Positions 1 through 9,263 of a DNA stretch of 32,000 bases are shown here, piece by piece. Position numbers and translations under genes: made by a program. How positions within the stretch are numbered: the first letter of the stretch is position 1; the number at the start of each line of letters is the position of its first letter. Below the pieces are notes generated by a model. That model made no database searches, was not told the DNA's origin, and worked only from the letters and a program-made list of their open reading frames with translations. Source of the stretch: an uncultured Desulfobacterium sp. (GTDB taxonomy: Bacteria; Desulfobacterota; Desulfobacteria; Desulfobacterales; Desulfobacteraceae); NCBI GenBank assembly GCA_963675615.2, contig CAXXTD010000001.1:1229210-1261209 (forward strand), given 5' to 3'.

Positions 1-498
1 CCGGATCTCGGGCATGAAGACAGCACCAAGCCCATACCCTTTTGCCCCCATGGGAAGGGGGGTGTCAATGGAGATTTCTCCTGGATAGGGCACCCGTCCC
101 ATGAATACCTTTCCATGGCAGGCGGGCAGCATGGAGACACAGACATCGGTGTCAAGGCGCAACGCCTCGTTACCACGGCAGACCTGGACCCTGTTTTCCA
201 CTCCGTGGAGCTGAAAGAGCGAATCAAGGCTTTTGCTTCCTACGATGGGTCCCTGGCAGAACGGCGCAAGGGCCACAAGGTCAAGGGCATGATCAAAGTG
301 GGTGTGCCCGACAACCATTCCGCCAATGGGGCCTTCACAGTTTCGGGCAAACCCATGGACGGCCCTGCGGTCAGAAACAAGGGGCTTGAAAAAAATTGAA
401 AATTTATTCACCCTAGAGGCATAGGGATCAATCAGAAACGTTTTTTCCCCGGAAAAGATGTCAAGGCCTGCGGCCCCGGTCCAACTTATTTTTACCAT
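1..498 (-). CDS. MBL-fold metallo-hydrolase (5' part; C-terminus lies beyond the left edge)
   Basis: Absent from the ORF track because it runs off the window. Hand translation of the minus strand from ATG 498-496 (preceded by AGGTGGGGG) gives MVKISWTGAAGLDIFSGEKTFLIDPYASR...GGMVVGHTHFDHALDLVALAP... This contains the HxHxDH zinc motif of the metallo-beta-lactamase fold. The frame stays open to position 1. The listed + ORF 115..399 is its antisense shadow. Confidence 0.75.
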   Translation of the reverse strand, partial: MVKISWTGAAGLDIFSGEKTFLIDPYASRVNKFSIFFKPLVSDRRAVHGFARNCEGPIGGMVVGHTHFDHALDLVALAPFCQGPIVGSKSLDSLFQLHGVENRVQVCRGNEALRLDTDVCVSMLPACHGKVFMGRVPYPGEISIDTPLPMGAKGYGLGAVFMPEIR

Positions 499-545
499 CC
501 CCCACCTATATTCAACAACAGCGGAAAGAGCGCTTACCCGGTGGT

Positions 546-1616
546 CTACACCTTGAACCGGATGTTGAGGATGTCACCGTCCACCACGGGATAATCCTTT
601 CCCTGGACGTAGAACTTCCCCGCCTTTTTAACGGCATCCTCAGACCCGAGTGCCATGAGATCGTCATACTTCATCACCTCGGCCCGGATAAACCCCCGTT
701 CCAGGTCTGAATGAATCACGCCCGCAGCCCTGGGAGCCGCAGATCCCTTGCGCACAAGCCACTGCCTCACCTCGTCCTGGCCAACGGTGAAAAACGATAT
801 CAACCCCAGGGCGTTGAGGCAGAGCCGGGTCAACACCCCAAGGGCCGTTTCTTCAATGCCCAGATCTTCCAGAAACGCCGCTCGTTCCTCTTCGCTGTCC
901 AGCAGGGCAATTTCGGATTCCACCTTTGCCGAAACAACCATGGCCACCATGCTCTGGGACGTACAGAGGGGGTTGAACCGGTCAAGGAAAGTATCGCCTT
1001 CCAGGTCATCCTCCCCCACGTTAATGGCGAGAATCATCTGCTTGCGGGTGATGAACGGATAGCTTCTGATGAGCGCCTCATCGTCGGGCGAAATTTCCAT
1101 GAGGCGCAAAGGCTTCTCCTCCTCGAGGTGGGCAAGCATCCGCTCCATCAGGGCAAGCTCCTTGACCTGATCCTCGTCCTTGATCTTTTTGATCATCTCC
1201 CGGATGCGTGCGATCCTTTTTTCAACAAAGATCTGGTCGTGGAGAAGCAGCTCCTGATTGACCGTTTCAGCGTCCCTCAAGGGATCCACTGACCCGTCGG
1301 CATGGTAGATGGACTCGTCTTCAAATGCCCTGACCACATGGCAGATGGCGTCCATGTCAACAATATCCCGAAACAGATCACCCCTGGCGATGGTCTCCTT
1401 TTCAATCTTGGGAAGCAAAACAAGGTCCACCCTTGCCCGGGCCTCTTTTTTGGGCTGATACATGGAAACCAGCCGGTCAAACCGCTGGTCAAGAATTTCC
1501 GCCGTACCCGGCACAGGCTTTGGCGCACCGGACCGCTCTTTTAACTCGCTGCCCGTGAGAATCTGAAACAGGGTTTTTTTGCCTGTCTGGGGAAGCCCGA
1601 TCACTCCTACCTTCAT
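546..1616 (-). CDS. ychF: YchF/Obg-like ribosome-binding ATPase (divergent N-terminal G domain)
   Basis: P-loop GLPQTGKKT at the N-terminus. The C-terminus (VRQWLVRKGSAAPRAAGVIHSDLERGFIRAEVMKYDDL...GKDYPVVDGDILNIRFKV) closely follows the conserved YchF C-terminal (DUF933/TGS-like) region. The usual DxxG region looks atypical. Confidence 0.8.
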   Translation of the reverse strand: MKVGVIGLPQTGKKTLFQILTGSELKERSGAPKPVPGTAEILDQRFDRLVSMYQPKKEARARVDLVLLPKIEKETIARGDLFRDIVDMDAICHVVRAFEDESIYHADGSVDPLRDAETVNQELLLHDQIFVEKRIARIREMIKKIKDEDQVKELALMERMLAHLEEEKPLRLMEISPDDEALIRSYPFITRKQMILAINVGEDDLEGDTFLDRFNPLCTSQSMVAMVVSAKVESEIALLDSEEERAAFLEDLGIEETALGVLTRLCLNALGLISFFTVGQDEVRQWLVRKGSAAPRAAGVIHSDLERGFIRAEVMKYDDLMALGSEDAVKKAGKFYVQGKDYPVVDGDILNIRFKV

Positions 1617-1834
1617 ATTGATTTATCCTTTTCTGATTAATGTCATACGCTTGGTAAACTTGTAGCAACCCTGATCACAAAGGTCAAGAAAGGGCAAATC
1701 CTAGAACCATTATAATTATGGAAACCGCCATGGGGGGGCAGTTTAACTGCTGCAAATAGTAATTCTTTTTTTTTTAAAATCGTGGTAGGTTTCCATATTT
1801 TTTACCCAAAAACAGGAAAATAGGAGGATTTCCA

Positions 1835-2623
1835 GTGAAATGCCATGAAATAGACTACGAAATCTTTGGAAACGACCTGCAGGCCGTGGAGGTGGAGCTT
1901 GACCCCAATGAAACCGTTGTTGCCGAAGCCGGCGCCATGAACTGGATGGACGACGGAATTTCGTTTGAGGCAAAAATGGGTGATGGCTCCCAACCGGACA
2001 GGGGACTGTTTGGCAAACTGCTGGACAGCGGAAAAAGGATGATCACCGGTGAATCGATCTTCATCACCCACTTTACCAACATTTCCAACGCTAAAAAAAG
2101 AGTGGCTTTCGGCGCCCCCTATCCGGGCAGGATTGTTCCCCTGGATCTGGGCAACCAGGGTCAGGAACTTCTGTGCCAGAAGGACGCCTTTTTGTGTGCA
2201 GCCCTTGGGACTGAAGTCTCCATAGCCTTTACCCAGCGACTGGGCGCCGGTTTCTTTGGCGGGGAAGGATTTATTCTCCAGCGCCTCAGGGGGGATGGCA
2301 TGGTCTTTGTCCACGGGGGCGGCACCATTGTCAAAAAAGAGCTCAACAACGAAACCCTCCTGGTGGATACGGGCTGCATCCTTGGATTTTCACCGGGTAT
2401 TGATTACAATATTCAACGATCCGGCAACCTCAAGTCCATGTTCTTCGGCGGGGAAGGGCTGTTTCTTGCCACCCTCAAGGGAACAGGAACGGTCTATCTC
2501 CAGACCCTGCCGTTTTCACGCATGGCAGACCGCATCCTCCAGCATGCACCGGCAACCGGCGGAAAGACCAAGGGAGAAGGTTCAGTACTTGGGGGAATCG
2601 GGCGAATGTTTGACGGCAATTAG
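1835..2623 (+). CDS. TIGR00266 / AIM24 (DUF124) family protein
   Basis: GTG start at 1835, six nt after AGGAGG (1823-1828). The sequence ([38 protein letters not shown]...[25 protein letters not shown]...[26 protein letters not shown]) is typical of this family. Confidence 0.85.
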   Translation: MKCHEIDYEIFGNDLQAVEVELDPNETVVAEAGAMNWMDDGISFEAKMGDGSQPDRGLFGKLLDSGKRMITGESIFITHFTNISNAKKRVAFGAPYPGRIVPLDLGNQGQELLCQKDAFLCAALGTEVSIAFTQRLGAGFFGGEGFILQRLRGDGMVFVHGGGTIVKKELNNETLLVDTGCILGFSPGIDYNIQRSGNLKSMFFGGEGLFLATLKGTGTVYLQTLPFSRMADRILQHAPATGGKTKGEGSVLGGIGRMFDGN

Positions 2624-2700
2624 CCCACGGCATTTGTCAATTATTCTATTTTTTTCGCATAAAAACAGGCAATTTAACCACATTACAAAGGAAAAGCCCC

Positions 2701-4758
2701 ATGGGTAAGATGGGTTTAAAGACAAAACTTCTTCTGTCAATCTGTAGCATCGTACTAGTATCGTTGACGGCCTCCATCTCGATCATAACAATAAAGACCT
2801 ATGCCTCGTCAAAACAGATGGCCATGGACATCACCATGGCAATGGCCAAAACAAATGCCACCAATATTCAGGCTGAACTGGAAAAGGCTCTGAACGGGGC
2901 CCGGAGCCTGGCCAAACTCTTTACCAGCCTCAAAGACCTGAAAACCGTACCGGAACGAGAGGACCTCAGCCAGATCATGAAGCAGACCCTTGTCAAAGCC
3001 CCTGATTTTGACGGGGTGTGGACCGTGTGGGAACCCAATGCCCTTGACAACCGGGACAGTGAGTTTGCAGGTAGCGAGGGCCATGATGGAACCGGGCGGT
3101 TCATCCATTACTGGAACACAAATGGCGGCCTCCACCTTGAGCCTGCAGTGGAGTATGAAGACGGAACCACAACCGGATACTATACCAAACCAAGGGCTAC
3201 AAACAAAGAGACGATCATGGAACCGGTCACCTACTCCATCGCAGGTCAACAGATAACCGTTGTCAGCGCCTGTGTGCCCATGACCTTCAAAGACCGCTTT
3301 GTCGGGGTCACGGGGTTTGACTTTTCCATGGAAAAAATGCGGGAGATGGTTTCAAAAATCAAACCCTACACCAGCGGATATGGTTTTCTGCTGTCAGACA
3401 CGGGGCTTATCGTGGCCCATCCTGAAAAAACGGTGATCGGTAAAAACATCAAGGAATTTGTCTCACCAGAAACCTACAACAGCATCCTGCAGGGGAAATC
3501 GGCAGTCCAGGAGTTTGTGTCTGCCAAGACCCACAAAAAAAGTATTTTTGTATTTGCACCCATCTCCCCCGGCAAAACAGGAACCAACTGGAGCCTGGCC
3601 GTGTCCGCTCCGGTTGATGAAATCATGGCAGATGCGATCACCCTTCGCAACATCAGCATCGCCATTGCCGTGGTCACTCTGGTGATACTGTTTGCCGCCA
3701 TTTATTTTATTGCCGGCGCCATTATTGTCAAACCCATCAATCTGGTACTGTCGGGCCTTTATGACATTGCCGAAGGTGAAGGGGACACCACAAAACGCCT
3801 CGAGGTGACATCCCAGGATGAAATCGGAAAACTTGCAGGGGCATTTAACCTGTTCATGGAACGACTGCAGGGTCTGATCAGAACAATCACTGGCGACGCC
3901 CGTACCGTCGATGATTCAGCATCAACCCTTGTTGAAATTGCAGGGGGCATGTCCCAGGGCGCCAGCGACACCTCTGAAAAATCAAGTACGGTTGCCGCAG
4001 CAACCGAAGAAATGAGTTCAACCATCTCATCACTGACGCGGGCAATGGAAGATGCCAGGGCCAACATCAACATGGTGGCATCTGCAACTGAAGAGATGAC
4101 CGCCACCATCAATGAAATTGCCGGCAACTCTGAAAAGGCAAGGGAAATGAGTCAAAAGGCCGTGGCCAAGGCGGGAAATGCCAGCACCTCCATGGCAGAA
4201 CTTGGCAGAGCAGCCCAGGAGATAGGGATGGTGACTGAAACCATAAACGACATTTCTGAACAGACCAACCTTCTGGCCTTGAATGCCACCATTGAGGCCG
4301 CAAGGGCCGGTGAGGCCGGCAAGGGGTTTGCCGTTGTCGCCTCTGAAATCAAGGAGCTTGCACGACAGACGGCCCAGGCCACCCGTCAAATTCAGGAAAA
4401 AATTGAAGGGGTACAGTCAACGGCCATGGGAACGGTCAACGAAATCAAGGATGTTTCAACGGTGATCACCGATGTAAACGACATCGTAACCACCATTGCC
4501 TCAGCCGTTGAAGAGCAGTCCATTGCCACGGCCGAAATATCGGACAACATCGGTAACGCCTCAACCGGCATCGGCGAAGTTGGAGAGAACATGAATCAGC
4601 TCAATGACGCCTCCGATGAAATCGCCAGGGATATTGCCCATGTAAACCAGGCGGCAAAAGAGATGTCAACCAGCAGCAGTGCGTTAAATGACAAGGCGCT
4701 TGGACTTGCTGAACTTTCAGGCAGGCTCAGCAAGATCATTGGAGGGTTCAAGGCTTGA
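2701..4758 (+). CDS. methyl-accepting chemotaxis protein (TM - periplasmic Cache-type sensor - TM - HAMP - MA signalling domain)
   Basis: 685 aa. There is an N-terminal TM helix and a second TM ([26 protein letters not shown]), followed by HAMP ([17 protein letters not shown]). The invariant MCP hairpin [35 protein letters not shown] is present. Confidence 0.95.
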   Translation: MGKMGLKTKLLLSICSIVLVSLTASISIITIKTYASSKQMAMDITMAMAKTNATNIQAELEKALNGARSLAKLFTSLKDLKTVPEREDLSQIMKQTLVKAPDFDGVWTVWEPNALDNRDSEFAGSEGHDGTGRFIHYWNTNGGLHLEPAVEYEDGTTTGYYTKPRATNKETIMEPVTYSIAGQQITVVSACVPMTFKDRFVGVTGFDFSMEKMREMVSKIKPYTSGYGFLLSDTGLIVAHPEKTVIGKNIKEFVSPETYNSILQGKSAVQEFVSAKTHKKSIFVFAPISPGKTGTNWSLAVSAPVDEIMADAITLRNISIAIAVVTLVILFAAIYFIAGAIIVKPINLVLSGLYDIAEGEGDTTKRLEVTSQDEIGKLAGAFNLFMERLQGLIRTITGDARTVDDSASTLVEIAGGMSQGASDTSEKSSTVAAATEEMSSTISSLTRAMEDARANINMVASATEEMTATINEIAGNSEKAREMSQKAVAKAGNASTSMAELGRAAQEIGMVTETINDISEQTNLLALNATIEAARAGEAGKGFAVVASEIKELARQTAQATRQIQEKIEGVQSTAMGTVNEIKDVSTVITDVNDIVTTIASAVEEQSIATAEISDNIGNASTGIGEVGENMNQLNDASDEIARDIAHVNQAAKEMSTSSSALNDKALGLAELSGRLSKIIGGFKA

Positions 4759-5536
4759 CCGGTAAAAGTGGACCGTCGGCATCCATCCAAAACGGAAAAT
4801 TGCGTCTATATTCCTGAAGAACATCATGGGCAAGGGTCATGGTGTGGGTCACAGGTCCCGGGGTGTGGTGGAACAGCACCTCACCCCCGGGATCCACGGC
4901 CGTGGAATCGCCACAGTATACCATGTCATTGCCGTCGGATCCCACACGGTTGACACCAACAACATAGGCCTGGTTTTCAATGGCCCGGGCAACCAGCAGC
5001 GACCGCCAGTGGGCGCGCCTTGATGCCGGCCAGTTGGCCACAAACAGGGCAAGATCGTAGCAGTTGTTCACGTTGCGGGTCCAGCAGGGAAACCGCAGAT
5101 CATAGCAGACGAACGGAGAGATCTTCCAACCGTCCAGCTCAACAATGATCCGCTCGGTTCCAGCGGTGAAATACCGGTCTTCGCCGGCATACCGAAAAAG
5201 ATGGCGTTTGTCGTACCAGTGGATTTCGCCGGAAGCGCATGCCCAGACGAGCCGGTTAAACAGGCAACCGTTCTCGCGGATCAAAAGGGAACCGACCAGA
5301 TCCGCCCCGCTTGCCTTTGCCCTCTCCACCATCCAAGAGACAGCACTGCCGTCCATGGTCTGGGCAAGGGACGGGGCGTCAAGAGAAAATCCCGTGGTGA
5401 ACATCTCTGGCAGAACGATCAGGCGGGTCGGTTCAATGATGGTCTTGAGAATAGCGTCAAAATCCGAAAGATTTTGGTCAATATCCTCCCAGGCAAGGTT
5501 TGCCTGGACAAGGGTAATGACAAGGGAGTTATCCAA
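4748..5536 (-). CDS. carbon-nitrogen hydrolase family protein (omega-amidase/YafV-like nitrilase superfamily)
   Basis: Glu-Lys-Cys triad contexts are present: VLPEMFTTGF, YDKRHLF, ISPFVCYDLRFP. The listed ORF start at 5785 would overlap rho by 257 nt. There is no internal ATG before the catalytic Glu, so I place the start at the in-frame TTG 5536-5534 (MDNSLVITLVQANLAWED...), giving 263 aa and an 8-nt overlap with the rho stop. The 3' end overlaps the MCP 3' end by 11 nt (convergent). Confidence 0.8.
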   Translation of the reverse strand: MDNSLVITLVQANLAWEDIDQNLSDFDAILKTIIEPTRLIVLPEMFTTGFSLDAPSLAQTMDGSAVSWMVERAKASGADLVGSLLIRENGCLFNRLVWACASGEIHWYDKRHLFRYAGEDRYFTAGTERIIVELDGWKISPFVCYDLRFPCWTRNVNNCYDLALFVANWPASRRAHWRSLLVARAIENQAYVVGVNRVGSDGNDMVYCGDSTAVDPGGEVLFHHTPGPVTHTMTLAHDVLQEYRRNFPFWMDADGPLLPVKP

Positions 5537-6599
5537 GATAGTCCAGAAAACGCTGCATGGCAGTGACCTCGTCCAGACTGGAAAGCTCCCTTCGGATACG
5601 GATCGTCTCCTGGTGTTCCGCATCATCGAGCAGAAGATCCTCCTTACGGGTGCCGGACTGATTGATGTTGATGGCGGGCCACACCCGCTGCTCGGCACAG
5701 GCCCTTGAAAGCACCAGGTCCATGTTGCCCGTTCCCTTGAACTCCTGGAAAATGATGTCGTCCATGCGGCTTCCCGTGTCAACAAGGATGGTGGCCAGGA
5801 TTGTCAGAGAACCGCCGCTCTCAAGATTCCGGGCCGCACCAAAAATCTTTCTTGGAAAGGCCATGGCATTTGCCCCAAGCCCGCCGGTCATGGTCTTACC
5901 GTGGCTGTTGGTCTCAATGTTAAAGGCCCGGGTCATGCGGGTCAAAGAATCAATGAACACCACGGCGTTCTGCCCGGTCTCGGCACACCGGATGGCTGTA
6001 TGCATGGCAAGCCGCGTCATTCGCATGTGGTGGGCGATCTGCTGATCGGCCGACGAATAAAAGACCTGGGCCTCCTTGAGGCCCCGCCTGAAATCCGTCA
6101 CCTCTTCAGGCCGCTCGTCCACCAGCAGGACAAACACCTTGGCGTTCGGATGGTTGAGGATGATCGAATTTGCCATGTGCCGCAGTATGGTGGTTTTGCC
6201 CGATTTTGGCGGCGAAATAATCAATCCCCGCTGGCCCTTGCCAATGGGAACGATCAGGTCAAGGGCCCTGCCCGTAACGTCATCGGGGCCCTGGCACAGG
6301 GTGTAACGTTCCAGGGGGTTGATGCTTGTCTGGTCCTGGAGCAGGGCTATCTGGGTGTATTCGTCAAGGGAAAGGCCGTTGACCGTATGAATTTTCAACA
6401 ACGCAAGGTTCTTGTTTTTGCCCCCCTTGCTTTCCCCTTCGCCCACAATAAAACTGCCCTCCCTGAGATCAAACCGGTTGATCAACGGGATAGAGACATA
6501 GGGATCTTCAGGCTCCGGCTGATAATTTTTATCAATGGAGCGTAGAAATCCAAAGCCCCTGTCCATTATTTCAAGATATCCCTGTATAGGTTCCAACAT
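5529..6599 (-). CDS. rho: transcription termination factor Rho (short form, 356 aa)
   Basis: Contains the RNA-binding OB/CSD motif DRGFGFLRS, Walker A PPKSGKTT, LLVDERPEEVTDF, and SGGSLTILATILVDTGSRMDDIIFQEFKGTGNMDLVLSR. GGGAG lies upstream of the ATG, and an in-frame TAG sits immediately 5' of the ATG. Confidence 0.95.
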   Translation of the reverse strand: MLEPIQGYLEIMDRGFGFLRSIDKNYQPEPEDPYVSIPLINRFDLREGSFIVGEGESKGGKNKNLALLKIHTVNGLSLDEYTQIALLQDQTSINPLERYTLCQGPDDVTGRALDLIVPIGKGQRGLIISPPKSGKTTILRHMANSIILNHPNAKVFVLLVDERPEEVTDFRRGLKEAQVFYSSADQQIAHHMRMTRLAMHTAIRCAETGQNAVVFIDSLTRMTRAFNIETNSHGKTMTGGLGANAMAFPRKIFGAARNLESGGSLTILATILVDTGSRMDDIIFQEFKGTGNMDLVLSRACAEQRVWPAININQSGTRKEDLLLDDAEHQETIRIRRELSSLDEVTAMQRFLDYLG

Positions 6600-6726
6600 C
6601 TAACTCCCAAATAAATAATCGAATAAACAATAGAATAAACAACCGATGACGTTTTGCAATTCCCGGATGACTGCCCAGGGTGAAGAAAGACAGCTAAGCC
6701 ATGAGTTTACGTAAAAAACAGTCAGA

Positions 6727-8433
6727 TTACAAGGGGTAAACCGTTTTTTTCCGCTTTGCCCGGTCCCCGGCATCTGTTTCCCCCACCCCCCGGAGGGTAA
6801 TTCCGGCCAGGCCCGAAAGAAACAACGAGACCAGGGATGTGGAAACCGGATGATCAAACACCGTGCCGTCGCCAGTGAACCCCTGGATGCGTCCATGGGC
6901 AAGAAAGCCCGCCACCAGGAGTTTTCCGGCCTCCCTGCGGTTGGAAGGATCGACCCTGGATCTGCTGCCATGGGTCGATCCTGGGTCGGGCAGATCATCC
7001 TCGTCCTTCAACGCCTTCATGAAGTTGAGCAGCCGGGCAAGCCGCAACAGGGTAGCCGCCTCGATCCGTGTGGTGGTGTCGGAAATGGGAAAGGCAGTGG
7101 ACCGCATCCGTTCAAAATCCGGGGGAAGAAGCCCCCTCTGTCTGCACACCCCGAAATCATGGCTTCCCGGTGCCGGATAAAAAATGGACAGCCCCACCAG
7201 GGTCCGCCTGGCCCCGAGGTAAACCAGATCCCTGACCGACTGGCGGGGATCCTGGCCCGGTGCTGCGGCAATAAGGTAGGACACCGCCTCAAGCCCGAGG
7301 GTTTCTGCACTTTCAAGGCAACGGTCAAGGGCCCGGCCTACGTCCGGTCGCTTGAACCGGGCCAGCTGCTCCTTACAGGTGGAACCCAGCGAGAGGTTCA
7401 AGGTCCTGAATCCCGCCTGCTTCATGGCAGAGATCATCCCGTGATCCAGGGAGGGCGCATAGAGCCCGTTCATGGCCCGAAGTTCCAGCTTCCGGGAACC
7501 GTACCGGGCTGAAATTTCATCCAGGAGCGAGAGAAACCAGCCCCGGTCAAGGCTTAAATTTTCATCCTCAAAATCGATAAAACCGACATCCTGGCTGTCC
7601 ATCTGAACCTCAAGCTCGGCCATGACCGAGGCCACCGACCGCCGACGAAAGGGGGCATGGGCCGATGAGGCCCCAAGACAGCAGTAGGTGCAGTGCATGG
7701 GACACCCCCTTGCCGTGACAACACTGATGCTTCCCCGTTTTTTCCGCCGGTAAAACGACTGATCCACCAGCCGGGTGGCAGGCAGGGGGGTACGGTCAAG
7801 GTCATTGATCCAGGCAGGTTCGCCCACATAAAGGGAGGCGTCGGGCCGGCGGAAAACGATCCCAGGCACCGATTCAAGGCCGCTATTTTTTTTAATGGCC
7901 AGGGCAAGCAGGGCCATGGACGCTTCCCCTTCCCCCCGGAGCACAAAATCCACGGCCTCGCACGCCATGGCTTCCCTTGGAAATACCGTGGGATGGTGAC
8001 CGCCCATGACCACACGGCAATTGGGCCAGAAGCGCTTGACAGCCCGTGCCGTGGCCATGGCATCCCTGGAATAGGCCGTGAAAAGTGAAGAGATGCCCAC
8101 AAGGAACGGCTGTTTGTCCCTTGCCCGGGCACCGATGTGCTCAAAGCTGTAACCGTAGTGGCGAAAGTGGTGGAACAGGGCAAAGGGTGACAGGTCTTCC
8201 CGGCCATAAAAGGCGTCAAGATCTCCCAGGGTATCGGGGGGTTCAATGATCCGGGATTTTTTAACGGCAAGGCCGTCCACAATGGAGACCGAAAACCCAT
8301 TTTCATCCAGGACGGCGGCAATGCAGGCAAGACCATAGGGAACGGTCCGCTTGGCCGTAAGGTAGAACTCCTCCATGGGCGGCTGCACCAGGAGCACGTC
8401 GCACCGGGATGCCTGGACGGCAGACAGACTCAA
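6727..8433 (-). CDS. B12-binding domain-containing radical SAM protein (class B), function unknown
   Basis: N-terminal Rossmann-like B12-binding region (DVLLVQPP...PFLVGISSLFT...VVMGGHHPT). Radical SAM cluster motif ARGCPMHCTYC (Cx3Cx2C). The start is uncertain: TTG 8433 (TTGA overlap with the upstream stop) or GTG 8397. Confidence 0.88.
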   Translation of the reverse strand: MSLSAVQASRCDVLLVQPPMEEFYLTAKRTVPYGLACIAAVLDENGFSVSIVDGLAVKKSRIIEPPDTLGDLDAFYGREDLSPFALFHHFRHYGYSFEHIGARARDKQPFLVGISSLFTAYSRDAMATARAVKRFWPNCRVVMGGHHPTVFPREAMACEAVDFVLRGEGEASMALLALAIKKNSGLESVPGIVFRRPDASLYVGEPAWINDLDRTPLPATRLVDQSFYRRKKRGSISVVTARGCPMHCTYCCLGASSAHAPFRRRSVASVMAELEVQMDSQDVGFIDFEDENLSLDRGWFLSLLDEISARYGSRKLELRAMNGLYAPSLDHGMISAMKQAGFRTLNLSLGSTCKEQLARFKRPDVGRALDRCLESAETLGLEAVSYLIAAAPGQDPRQSVRDLVYLGARRTLVGLSIFYPAPGSHDFGVCRQRGLLPPDFERMRSTAFPISDTTTRIEAATLLRLARLLNFMKALKDEDDLPDPGSTHGSRSRVDPSNRREAGKLLVAGFLAHGRIQGFTGDGTVFDHPVSTSLVSLFLSGLAGITLRGVGETDAGDRAKRKKTVYPL

Positions 8434-9263
8434 TACCAGCGCCCCCGGATGCGTTCAACCGTTTCAGCGTCGGCCGAAAAGGGAAGTGCGGGCCGCTGGG
8501 GAAGCGTGAGACCGTGGGTTTTTGCAAAGGGGGTCTGGCCCAGCTTCAGGTTATAAGCCTTGACCATGAGGGTTTCAAGGTTGACCACATCCTCAATGTT
8601 GTAGGCCAGAAGGGTTTCCAGGACCCGTCGATCCTGGTTTCCCACATAGTCGTTCCAGAGCAGAATGGCAAAATAGCCGTCCACCCCGTCAAGGTCCCCA
8701 CGGTCCAGTCCCAGCATCCGCTCACACTCCTTGAGCCCGCCCGTAAACCCGAGACTCTTGAGAATGTAGCGAAGATCAATGTGCACCTGGTCAAGGCGTA
8801 TGCCGAACTCATGTTCGATAAACGGTACGTCAAAACATTTTCCATTGTAGGTGACAAGGGCCTTATATCGGGCAATGTCCCCTGGAAAAAGATCAAGGTT
8901 TTCGCCCTTGACATAGTATCGGATGGCGGTGCCATCGTACAGGGCAATGGTGGTAATGCTCTCATGGTCCGGTTCAAGGCCCGTGGTCTCAATGTCCAGG
9001 TAGGCCATGGAATGGCGGAACTCGGGAAAAAACCGCCAGTGGAAGGCAGGCGGCAGCCGTTCGGCAAAATAGGCGTAATTGCCCTGTTCCATCTCACGCC
9101 TGGACTGGTCCACATGGCGGGTCAGGGTCTCCAGGCGCCGGGGAGAAAGGTTGAGCCCGGATGGGTCGTTCAGCCGGTCCCAGTGATCAAGACCGGCGTC
9201 CCAGAGCTGCTGTTCGGTCTTCAGGCCGATGCCCGGGATGTGGTGAAAGGTGCTGTTAAGCAT
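8430..9263 (-). CDS. RNase H-like (YprB/COG3359-type, PolB-exonuclease-like) domain protein with N-terminal helix-hairpin-helix
   Basis: HhH-like HHIPGIGLKTEQQLWDAGL, then the DEDD-type exonuclease motif AYLDIETTGLEPD and YNGKCFDVPFIEHEF. AGGAG lies 5 nt upstream of ATG 9263. The start overlaps the upstream stop by 8 nt. Confidence 0.75.
   Translation of the reverse strand: MLNSTFHHIPGIGLKTEQQLWDAGLDHWDRLNDPSGLNLSPRRLETLTRHVDQSRREMEQGNYAYFAERLPPAFHWRFFPEFRHSMAYLDIETTGLEPDHESITTIALYDGTAIRYYVKGENLDLFPGDIARYKALVTYNGKCFDVPFIEHEFGIRLDQVHIDLRYILKSLGFTGGLKECERMLGLDRGDLDGVDGYFAILLWNDYVGNQDRRVLETLLAYNIEDVVNLETLMVKAYNLKLGQTPFAKTHGLTLPQRPALPFSADAETVERIRGRWY

Noticed and set aside
115-399. 94-aa + strand ORF at the left edge
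   Set aside because: It lies antisense to a much better minus-strand reading frame that carries an HxHxDH metallo-beta-lactamase motif and a proper SD/ATG. No motif or RBS supports the + ORF.
1651-1667. TGGTAA-acttg-TAGCA, a GG-N10-GC sigma54-like site in the ychF/TIGR00266 divergent region
   Set aside because: Only the GG and GC dinucleotides fit. Both flanking hexamers deviate from the consensus and from the exact TGGCAT/TTGCT form used three times elsewhere. It is also about 170 nt from the start codon.
5537-5785. N-terminal extension of the carbon-nitrogen hydrolase ORF (ATG at 5785)
   Set aside because: It would overlap the 3' end of rho by 257 nt in another frame. The extension is Arg/Ser/Trp-rich with no homology signal. 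The nitrilase fold begins at ...VITLVQANLAWED.
6600-6998. 132-aa minus-strand ORF spanning the rSAM 3' end and the rho leader
   Set aside because: It is out of frame with, and overlaps, the well-supported radical SAM gene. It is Trp/Cys/Pro-rich and has no RBS.
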